Shown here in pieces: positions 41,466-64,000 of a DNA stretch of 64,000 nt (the stretch's first letter is position 1; each line of letters opens with the position of its first letter). The DNA comes from Chrysomallon squamiferum (Eukaryota; Animalia; Mollusca): assembly GCA_012295275.1 (NCBI GenBank), contig CM022671.1, positions 6,882,001-6,946,000 on the forward strand, read 5' to 3'. The notes beneath the pieces were generated by a model, which had not been told where the DNA came from, did not search any database, and saw nothing but the letters and a program-made list of their open reading frames with translations. The position numbers and the translations under genes are program-made.

Positions 41466-42828
41466 AGTGTCCAGTTGACGGCTGAAAGTGAGGGAAGAAT
41501 GCAGACAAGTCAAAGGGGGATCTGTCTGAAGTGGATTGGGAAATACCGAGGGTGAAGGGGACTGATTGGTATCAGGCGCGGATTCAAGGTGGGGGATTTG
41601 CTTTCTAATTTACTACTTTCTGGTCAGAATCTAGAGACGTGTTTATTAAGATCATAAACAACATCACACTTTCTCAACACAAACATCGCATTTTTTTATC
41701 ATCAGTTCTTTCTTATTGTCTACTTCGACCATAGGTTGATCGGCGGTATTTCCCTAACTATAAGGCCTCAACAACAATTTTTAGCATTCATGTCTCAATA
41801 TTAGCATCGGTGAATCTGAAAACCAACAAATTAACTAAACGTGGCCTTGTGAGATTCTGTTTACACATGACGTAAAAATAAATCAGTCTTCAAGCAATAC
41901 TGAATAAATAACAAGACGGAGATGAGAACTTTGAAGTATTTGCATAATGAAATTCAGAGTTTCGTACTACGTAGATCTCACATTAATCTGCTGCATAAAT
42001 GTGTACAGAAGAGGTAATATTTCTTGGAATACAGACAAATAGCCTCACGTGAACGCACTTTGTGATTTCAATAAGTTTTTGTGTAAACAGACCTTGTACT
42101 TTCTGTACAAATAAATAAATAAATACACAGACAAATATCCAGAGATATTTTAGCCTTTAATTTGCACGTATAAACTTGCTTTCTCGTAAATTTGAATTCA
42201 GCAAACGTTAAGAGCGATAAAATTTCAATATTCATGCAAACTGAGAAAATCATTTTCAGTATAAACGTTTCTACATATAATAAATGTTTTTCACCTATCC
42301 AGTTTTTTATATATTTAACACGTAATAAATATTTCTTACCTATCCAGTTTTTCTACATATTTCTCACCTATCCAACATATTTAGTAACAAATATTTTTCG
42401 TATCCACTTTTCTACATTTCGTAAAAATATTTCCATTCTTCTAAACATTTAACACTTAATTATTTTGTTGTTGTTATTGTTGTTGTTTTTGTTGTTTTGT
42501 TGTTGTTGTTGTTACGGTTGTTTTTGTTATTTTTATTATTATTGCTGTTTTTGTTACTGTTATTGTTGACATTATTGCTTTTGTTATTATTATTGCTGTT
42601 AATGTTGTTATTATTGTTTTTGTTCTTATTATTGTTGTTGTTGTTGTTGATGTTGTTATTATTGTTTTTGTTACTATTATTATTATTGCTGTTGATGTTA
42701 TTATTGTTTTTGTTACTATTATTATGGTTGTTGTTGTTGTTGTTGTTGCTGTTGTCGTTGTTGTTGTTATGACAGTCACTGAGACGTTTCTCGTTTCAGC
42801 CTGCACTCAACAATTTGTGTGCCACGGG

Positions 42829-54549
<11,721 letters not shown>

Positions 54550-54570
54550 CTTTTTCACTCTTTAACACCG

Positions 54571-54620
54571 CACCGAGAAATGAAAGTTAACAATAGTAAT
54601 CCAGGATTAGGCAATAAAAA
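54571..54620 (-). promoter_or_regulatory. Conserved upstream block of gene C with palindrome TAATCC-A-GGATTA
   Basis: Homologous to 41413-41465. Confidence 0.45.
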
Positions 54621-54653
54621 TGAAATATCCGATTGAAATAAGGGGATGTCGAG

Positions 54654-54716
<63 letters not shown>

Positions 54717-54859
54717 TATGAATATATGTTTATATGTATTATGAATGCATACGCGAGCACTTTTCACCACCATTTTTACTTTAATTAAAGCCATTGATAT
54801 ACCCTAATAGATTAGTTTATTTTTTAAATTTGGATTCACAAAATGTTAACTTCAAATTT

Positions 54860-55075
54860 TATATTTAATACGTAACAAATATTTTTCACCTATCCAGTCT
54901 TCTACAAATTTAACACGTAACAAATATTTTTCAACTATCCTGTCCTCTACATATTTAACACGTAACAAATGTTTTCACCTATCTAGTCCTCTATATATTT
55001 AACACGTAACAAATGTTTTCACCTATCTAGTCTTCTACTTATTTAACACGTAACAAATGTTTTCACCTATCTAGT
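54860..55075. repeat. ~43-bp tandem repeat, also upstream of gene B (42270-42450)
   Basis: Unit AACACGTAACAAATRTTTTCACCTATCYAGTCYTCTAC.TATTT. Confidence 0.8.
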
Positions 55076-55828
55076 TATTTTGATCAGAAAATGGACACTG
55101 CTAGAAAGTAGATGTTGTGAAACTTCAAAAGAGATGCGCTTATTTTGAAAATATAACGTTTACAATGATTGAATAATTTCCTGTATATATTGATGTATTC
55201 TTTAGTAGTCTTGTTTTGTTCTGTGTATTTAGTAATCTGTCAGGCAAGGTAAAAAAAAATTATTTTATTCACTAGACAGATAGATTCACAGCGTTAATAA
55301 GCTGTTTGACGTATTTCATCCTGTTTAGTAAAACATTTTCTCTATATCAGTGTCCTAATAATAACTTTCTGAAATCACTTATTGAAATTGTAATTATTAT
55401 AATTATTTTTATTATTATTATTCTTTATTTTTATTTTTAATAAGAAGACAGCTCTGCAGTAACACACTGTCATAATAATCTTTTTTTTTCATTATTGGCC
55501 TCGGACTAATAACCTTTAAATAACGAACCGAATAAAATTGAGTTATTAAAAATATATTCCATTATCAGACGTGTCATCTGATCACATGGAAGTGCTTGCT
55601 AACAGAAGTAACAACAAAGTGCTAGGAAAACGGTTGATAATGGGATTATTTACGTAAAATGTTTTACTAAAATATGCGTATATTTAGTCTATCTATACAC
55701 AGTATGTTATATCGAAGCTAAAACGTGGGGATGATTCCAACAAAAAACATTAAAGAATGTTAGCACAGAGCCTGCAACCATGCATATCAGATGAAATATT
55801 TACTGTTGATTTTGAGGTGAAAATAAAA

Positions 55829-55867
<39 letters not shown>

Positions 55868-56090
55868 ATTCATTGTCAGAAAAATTTATTTTGTAATAAA
55901 CTATAATTACAAAAAAAAAAAAAACATAAGAAAAACCCAGCCACTTTAAATATTAAAAGTTTACAGAGTATAAATTATTATTAGTAGTAGTATTATTAAT
56001 AATAATAATAATAATAGTAACAAAGTTTTTGTTTACTTCACACAACTAAATGTGTTACCTACACAAAAGAAAGCGACGAAGACTACTTAC

Positions 56091-56151
56091 ACAACGACAA
56101 CCGTCGCAAGACAAAACTGAACGCCAACGGATACAGCGTCGCAGAAGCTAT
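56091..56151 (-). pseudogene. Orphan degenerate signal-peptide exon of the B/C family
   Basis: AAC ATA GCT TCT GCG ACG CTG TAT CCG TTG GCG TTC AGT TTT GTC ... GTAAGT aligns with gene B exon 1 (AAC ATG GCT TCT GTG ACG TTG TAC CTG CTG TCG CTC AGT CTT GTC ... GTAAGT). ATG has become ATA and the exon is 1 nt shorter; no downstream exons found. Confidence 0.7.
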
Positions 56152-56456
56152 GTTAACCAGAAGGAGCAGAGCTGTTCGAGGATCTGAGAATTTGGCTTTG
56201 TACAGTGCAATATATACCCGTATATACCCGTCAGACAGCACTGCTTACTAACAGGTCCGACTCCGCTGCAGATTTCGGGGGGGGGGTGAGCTTGCTCAAA
56301 ATTAAATCTGATACTTTCCGGCAAACATTGTCAACCTTCAGATCACATCACTTGATCGTTATCGAAACGTTTTTAAAAATTAAAATACAGAGTTAATCAT
56401 ATGCTTGATAATTGTTTTAATTGTGTGTTTATAAACTGGATATAAGTTATAAAATG

Positions 56457-57103
56457 TAAGTAATGTTTATATCTAGATCGTAGTTTACATCCAGATAATA
56501 TATATTTACTTGTAAATCGTAAATTTTTTATTTTTTTATTTTTTAAATCATAATGTTTATACTTAAATCGTAATATTTTAATCCAAATAGTAATATCGAC
56601 ACTCAAGTTGTTGTCGTAGTTGGGTTATTTCGGTGAAACACGTCACAGAGGGCGATTCTCTCCACCTGCGGTCCCTCACCCCCCCCAGTGTTTTACAGTT
56701 TGCCCCCTGTCTGTTTTCAAAAAGTCAAAAGAAAAGAATGCAGCTATTTAAATCATTTTAAAAAAAATCTCCAATACTTCTAAATAACTCGTGACATCAC
56801 AGAGTGGCTTTTTATATTAAAAATAATAATAATAAAGAAAAAAATATATTATTCAACCTTCTTTTTATTTATTTCCATTATAGTTCATTGCATATAACTC
56901 ACTCTCTCTTCTTGTGTTTTTTTTCTTTAAAAAATAAATAAGAAAAATAAGAAAAAAGAAAAACATAAAAATAATATGACAGTGCGTTAAAAGGTTTTAT
57001 AATACATCAGTGTTTTAAACGACTTGTATGAAGACATCGCCCTTTGAGAGTCATCTTGTATTTAATATCACACAACAACAGCAGCAACAACAACAACAAC
57101 AAC

Positions 57104-57145
<42 letters not shown>

Positions 57146-57414
57146 CAATAATAATAATAATAATAATAATCATCATCGTCATCATCTGAAACTGAGACGT
57201 GCATCCTCCATGTTTTTAGTTATTTGTAAAATTTATCTATTTCAACTTTTTAATAATAAAAAAGTTTTATTAAAGACATAAGTTTATTACGATGAGATGA
57301 AATTGAAGATTGTTACGTCGATGTATTTTATAGATAGTGTGGTGAAACTAGTCTGATGTACATTTTGTAAACTGCTCTTCACATTTCTAGTTTTGTTTTT
57401 CATTTCAATTATAA

Positions 57415-57457
<43 letters not shown>

Positions 57458-57546
57458 TTAAGTAATGTTTATATCTAGATCGTAGTTCACATCCAGATCG
57501 TAATATTTACTTATAAATCGTAATTTTTTTTTATTTAAATCATAAT

Positions 57547-57552
<6 letters not shown>
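56457..57552. repeat. Two copies of a ~100-bp dispersed repeat (56457-56560 and 57459-57552)
   Basis: Shared AAGTAATGTTTATATCTAGATCGTAGTTYACATCCAGAT...TAAATCGTAA...AAATCATAATGTTTATA. Confidence 0.7.
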
Positions 57553-57587
<35 letters not shown>

Positions 57588-58144
57588 AGTCTCGTTGAAA
57601 TTTGATAATGTGCGTCATCTTTGAACTGTAGTAGCTTTAATCGAAGACGACACCGAGTTTCATGCCTAATCATCCCATTGAAGTAACAGAAGCAGTAGTA
57701 GCTGCAGCAGCAGTAGTTGTTGTCGTATTAGTAATACTAGTAGTAATAGTAGCAGCAGTAGTAGTAGCAGTTATGGCAGTAATCGCAGTAGCAGTAATAA
57801 TAGTAGTTGTTGTTGTGGTGGTGGTAGTACTAATAATAGTAGTAATAAATAGAAGCAGCAACAGCAGCAGCAGCAACAGTAATAGTAGTAGTAGTAGTAC
57901 TGGTAGTTGTGGTAAAAGTAGCAGCAGTAGTAGTAGTAGTAGTAGTGCTGCTGGTAGTAGTAGTAAGAGCAGCAGTAGAAATAGCAGTGGTAATTGTAGT
58001 AGTAGTAGTAGTAGTAGTAATGGTAGTGGCAGTAATTGTAGTAGTAGTAGTAGTTGTTGTAACAACTATGTGTAGAAAACTAGACAATGACTCATATTTG
58101 ACTAGGTTTTTAATTCGTGTAATTTTTCCCTTGTAATGATCAGC

Positions 58145-58244
<100 letters not shown>

Positions 58245-59122
58245 GAATAAACTATATTAAATGTTGTTGACAGAACGACTGACAAACTAATGTGTGTTTT
58301 TTGTTGTTGTTTTTTTGTGTTTTTTTTATGTGTTTTTTGTGTAACTTACAGTGTGCAGATCTGTCTTTCCCACTGGAATTATTTTATTTACAACAGTCTG
58401 CATAATGAATTTCAGACTAAAAGCGTACTGTGATCTAAACTAAACAAAGCCGATGTAGAATTAAATGTTTCCGAATCAGTTACAAAAGATCTGGGCGTGT
58501 TACGATATACTGTTTTAAGTTCAAACTTTATTCAAGGCTGAATTTAGATTTGAGAAAATTACGAGGTATTACAAACTAATCTCTGCTTTCTGGTTACACC
58601 TCAATTCATTCACTGAGATCAGCAGAGCGAGACGGGGTTTCCACTTGGATGCAAATAGAAGGCAGTAATAATTAAAACCAAACTGAATAACCCGAGATGA
58701 CTGAAGAAAACAAGCTAAATTTGGTTTTTATCTTGTAAATCTATCTAAAGTGGTGAATTCAGCAAACTGAGGCCAGAGTGTGTGTGTTTGCATTGAACGG
58801 AGAAAGTCAGGCGTGAACTGATGCGCAAATTCGTCGTAAGTTACACCTATACAGCTCACAAAAAAAAAAAAAAAAAAAAATACAAATTAATATTACAGTA
58901 GTATAAAACGAATGCGTACAACAAAACTCAGTAATCAACAGAGATATTTAAAATGTTTTGGAATTTTTTTCTCTTGTTTTGTAGTTTTCAGCTTTGTTCG
59001 AAACTGGTGGTGTGTAAAATTTTACGGCATCTTTAATGTGCGATTTCATTAATGTGCGTGTTTGTGTGTGTTTGTGAATATATACAGTTACTGAATAATA
59101 TATCATAATGTTAACTCTTTCC

Positions 59123-59219
<97 letters not shown>

Positions 59220-59749
59220 AAATAAAATATATTACATTTCGAATACGACGAAATATATATTCATTTTGACTGAAAATGCATATGACAACTGCTAATATAT
59301 ATACACAGAGGACACACACACACACACACACACACGTACATATACATATATCATATATATTATTTTTATAGCGATTGCGTGAAAGGATATATTATTTCAC
59401 AGGTTACTCTTATCAAATAGCAACAAGCGGTATTGCATTTGTACCTTCCCATATCATGAGAACTCAATTTTCCCCGTCATATCTCAGATTGTTAATTCTA
59501 ATCGATATCGTATTTTGAACTGTTTCTTCCTAAGTTTAGTCAATAAAACAACAAAAAAAAACAAAGCAAAAAAACACCGAGTTAAACGACAGTTTATTTC
59601 TCAGTATTGTAAAAACATAATTTTGTTTCTTGTACAGATTCCCACTGACAATGCAAACCAGCAAGATAAATAACCACATAATTAAACTAATTCACACATA
59701 TATTCCCACTGACAGTTAAAGTATGCAAACCATGGACGGGGACGCGTTA

Positions 59750-62700
59750 CTAAAAGAAACACTTTCCGTTGGAAGCCAACTGACACTGTTTGGTCTCATC
59801 GTTCCACGCATGCGCAGACGGACACTTCCTTTCGACGACTCGATGACCCATCAAGCAGAAAATGAACTTGTTGCACTCGTCAGGGTGTGGCTGGTTCAGG
59901 CCTCGCCTCAGGTCGCACGAGACCGGCGCGCACCGTTCAGCCGTCTGCTTCCACGTGCCGAGATCGGGGCACGTGGCGAGGCGCGCCACCTGGTGGTCGT
60001 CGCATTCGTAGTAAAGATGACTGTCTTCGGCGTGCGGGTGGAACCTGCGTTCTCCTTTAGGGCAGAGATCTGATAACAGAGGACGAGGTTATCATCATCA
60101 GTTTCATCTGAGTTATCATATTAATCATCAACATCATTTTTATTTATTGTCACAGTTATCATCACAGCAACCGCTATAATTATCGTATTATAATGTTTCA
60201 TTCTAATAATCGTTATAATATTATAATCATCATCATATTAATACTTATAATTTTATTTATCATCAAAATAGTCATTATAATGCTAATAATCATCACAGTT
60301 ATCGTTGTTGCTGTTGTTGTTACCTCCACATGGCTGGGTGTGGCACGGTCCTGGGTTCTGGAACTCTACGCTGACCCCCTCACACTGTTTGCCGCCGTAC
60401 AGAGGGGCGGGGTTGGAACACGATCTGCTCCTGGAAAGGTTCGTTTGCCCTCCCCCACAGAGAACTGGACATTCGTCCACTGGGGTCCAGTCGTCCCACT
60501 CTGTCCACTGCCCATGAACTGAGGCAAAAGAACAACAGTAAGAAAAATAAATCAATCAATGTAATAAAATATATTAAAATAAAGTAAAATTGTTTTATAA
60601 TAAAAAAATAAATAAATAAAATAATAATGTTAAAATATTAAAAATAAAATTAAAATAAAAGTTAAATTTTTTTTTAATTTAACTAAAAGTAAATGAAATA
60701 CAAAATTAAAAAATACTTTAAATGATTTTATCACACACACACACACACACACACACACAAGTTAAAGGTATACACACTTTAGTATCACATACACATGCTT
60801 ACTTTAATACAATTATATCTAACCATACACATCTAACTAATAATCTCTACCTAATTATATAACCTAACAATTCGTACATATTGTGTATAAAAGTATGTGT
60901 ATTATATGTAATGTTGTTCAATTTTATTCTTTTTTTTTGCTATTTTTTATCGGTTTTGCTGTATTTTCTGTATGCGGGATGTTTAAATGATAAACTATTT
61001 TTCTACATTAAAACCCGACACACTCACTTGGGCACGGTTGTGTGTTGCATTCTCGTTGTTCTTCCTGAGTTGCTTCCCCTACACAATCAGCGCCGCCATA
61101 CTGCGGTTCGGGGGCGGAGCATGTCCTAGACCGCAACCTTGTCTGTGATCCGCTGCCACAGGTCACCGTGCAGTCAGTGTAGGGACCCCAGTCACTAAAC
61201 TGGCTCCAATGACCGTCAACTGTAAACAAGACAACGCTAAATTATCGGTGCACTGTTTAAATAAACGTTCCTGTGCTATTTATTTAAACTGACGTTCTCA
61301 CTGTTTTCCAGGTAGCATGTTACTTACAGTGTATTTAAAACAGTTTTATACCTAATTATCACATGATTTGTTTTGGCCCGCTTAAATAATATTCGCTTCA
61401 AGTGTCGCCCACCGAACTCTTTTTTTTTTTTCTTTTTTTTTTCAAATCGTGTTCTGATTGGTCGATTGTTTACGATTTCTTGTAAGATAAGTTGTAATCT
61501 CGTGATTTGTTTTACAACAATCAAATTATTTACCTAAATGATTCAGTCTGTTTGTTACATAACATTTATACACGTTTTCTGCGCGACTTGCCGATTCACC
61601 GCTATTTTCGATTTCGGAAGACGCATAAATACTAATTGATTTCCTTAGCACAAAATCGAGAATGCAGTGCGTTAAACCAATCGCTAGAATGCGCAGCGCA
61701 ATCTAAAGATGGAGCAAATCGACAAAACGTTCTGAACACATACACACAAACAGTAGTTATAACTGAGTTACCATAAATTTAATTTTATATATATAAAAAA
61801 AATCACTCGGCCTTGGGTTAATCAACAGTCGTCTTCATTGGATTCAGTTTCAGAAATGACACAACATGTACATATTTCTCACTTGAACCTGTTTTCATCT
61901 TTATAGCTGTGCCTGTACAGCTGAACAATATACAGAAAATAAACAACATAAACAATATTATAAATTCAGTTACCAGGGCAGTGTTGTTTGTTACATTCTC
62001 TGACGTCAGTCTGTGACAAAGTATCACACTCTTTCCCGCCATATTTTGGAGGCTCGCACGTTCTGGTTCTCTGGAAAGTCATTTGTCCAGTTCCGCATGA
62101 TTTAGTACATTCGTCTATTGGTTCCCATGACGACCATTCTGACATCACTGCGTCAACTGTGAAAATAAGTATGTAATTATATAAGTAAAGTAAGTAAGTA
62201 AATAAATAAATAAATAAATAAAAAATTAAAAGTTATAAAACTTAAAATTAAAAAAAAAAAAAAAGATGGGATTGTAGACTAAGATTTATATATTCTTGGT
62301 TTCACAAATGATGCGTTTTATTTCCCTGCAAAACCAATTCTATGTTGTCGTTGTTTTTTTGTTTTTGGTTTTTTTTTTTGTTGTTGTTTGTTTGTTTGTT
62401 TGTATGAAATACAGTGGTACCTCGACATACGAGTGCCCTAACTTAAGAGTTTTCCGCGTTACGAGCAGTCGCTTTGGTGATATTTTGCTTTGAGTTGCGA
62501 GGCAGTATCCAAGTTACGACTGAGCTTCAGAAACGCCGCCGCTAGTTGGCGCAACGAACAACACAGCATTCGGACAGCATCCCGCGTTTCACTCGTTTAC
62601 TTCACGTGGTTACCTCGTCGTGGAAGCATCTCTGTTGTGTTGTGTTCGCGTTTTATGTAGTATTTTGCTAAATTTCTTTTTTTTCTGACCATGGAATCGT

Positions 62701-63568
62701 AAGAAAGTGAGTGCAAAGGACAGTGCTGAGAAGAAGAAGCGGATGACATCCATTGAATCAAAGCATGAAGTCATAGAAAAACATGAGCGAGGTGTGCATG
62801 TAGTCGACTTGGCTAGGCAGTCCGAGCGTAGTACTTTTACGATATGTACCATACTGAAGCTGTAACTCCAGCCAATGGCGTTAATATAATTTATGTGATC
62901 TCCAAGATAAATACACTTTACAAAACCAGTTTATTTCTTTACATTCTCTTTTATTTTGTTTTTATATAATATTTGTCATTTATAAATACATTTGTTACCA
63001 AAAAAAAACACGTTTTTAGGGGCTGGAAAAAATTAATGGTATTTCAATTAATTTTAGTTGGAAAAATTGATTTGATATACGAACATATTGAGCTACGAGC
63101 TCGGTCACGGAACGAATTAAACTCGTAAGTCAAGGTACCACTGTATATGAATACAGCTTAATAATGTGCATATAACAAACGAATAAAATTTAATTTTATA
63201 TATATAAAAACAAATCACTCGGCCTTGGGTTAATCAACAGTCATCTTCACTGATTCAGTTTCAGAAATGACACAACATGTACGTATTTCTCACTTGAACC
63301 TGTTTTCATCTTTATAGCTGTGCCTGTACAGCTGAACAATATTTAGAAAAAAAAAAAACATAAACAACATTATAAATTCAGTTACCAGGGCAGTGTTGTG
63401 TGTTACATTCTCTGACGTCAGTCTGTGACAAAATATCACACTCTTTCCCGCCATATTTTGGAGGCTCGCACGTTCTGGTTCTTTGGATAGTCACGTGGCC
63501 GGTTCCGCATGATTTAGTACATTCATCTATTGGTTCCCATGACGACCATTCTGACATCACTGCGTCAA
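59750..63568 (-). CDS. Gene D (5'-partial): TSR-repeat / tandem CBM14 protein
   Basis: Phase-1 TSR exons 63568-63386, 62156-61974 (near-duplicate), 61219-61028 and 60518-60324. Last exon 60069-59750 encodes DLCPKGE...LYYEC...CPDLGTWKQTAERC plus CDLRRGLNQPHPDECNKFIFC...CPSAHAWNDETKQC...GKCFF*. Confidence 0.85.
62412..63143 (+). mobile_element. Non-autonomous Tc1/mariner-superfamily (Tigger/pogo-type) DNA transposon
   Basis: Inverted termini CAGTGGTACCTCGACATACGAGT ... ACTCGTAAGTCAAGGTACCACTG with a TA target-site duplication on both sides. Internal 62701-62860 translates KKVSAKDSAEKKKRMTSIESKHEVIEKHERGVHVVDLARQSERSTFTICTILK, a CENP-B/psq-type HTH transposase N-terminus; no DDE domain. Confidence 0.9.
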
Positions 63569-63814
63569 CTGAAAAAAAAAAATAACAGCAGTAGTAGCAC
63601 TAGCAACGACAACAAAGTGACGTTACCAGTAGTACTAGTGGCGGATAATAGTAGTAGTAACAGTAGCAGTAATGGTAATATGGTAGTGGAAGTAATGACA
63701 GTAGTCGTAATTGTGGTAGAGCTGGAATAAGAAGAATAATGTGATAAGAATTTATAAAAACTGATAATAGCAGTGAGCTTTTGACATAATATACATATAC
63801 ACGCATACATAAAG

Positions 63815-63894
<80 letters not shown>

Positions 63895-64000
63895 ATAATA
63901 GATGTAGTAGTAGCAGAAGTAGTAAAGTTACGAAATAACAGAAAATGGAGAGAAAAAAATCAATATGTTATTTATTAACGTATTACTGAATAATATAACA

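Noticed and set aside
42474-42806. Thr/Ile-rich mucin-like ORF
   Set aside because: TTG/TTA microsatellite downstream of the putative stop of gene C; no splice support.
61380-61760. Possible MITE fragment (TTCTGATTGGTCGA...); similar unexplained blocks at ~19900-20280 and ~59360-59520
   Set aside because: No paired termini found; needs a repeat-library search.

Overview
AT-rich, microsatellite-rich animal genomic DNA. A mollusc or other lophotrochozoan source is an inference from gene content, not proven. The + strand (116-18185) carries the 3' 21 exons of cytoplasmic isoleucyl-tRNA synthetase (IARS1), with three apparent 1-nt frameshifts. The - strand (20671 to beyond 64000) carries a head-to-tail cluster of four related secreted-protein genes plus an orphan first exon. 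Where the 5' end is visible (A-C) the architecture is signal peptide, Cys/Arg/Trp-rich N-terminal module, a variable number of phase-1 thrombospondin type-1 (TSR) exons, and chitin-binding type-2 (CBM14) domains. The N-terminal module has mirror-symmetric, co-varying cysteine spacing, suggesting a disulfide-laddered beta-hairpin. Many intronic tandem repeats are amplified copies of the exon-intron junction itself (arrays of duplicate splice sites). A Tigger/pogo-type non-autonomous DNA transposon lies at 62412-63143. The long ORFs at 10-15 kb and 35-36.5 kb are satellite artefacts. All gene models were built by hand from translation and GT/AG sites; no database search was run.
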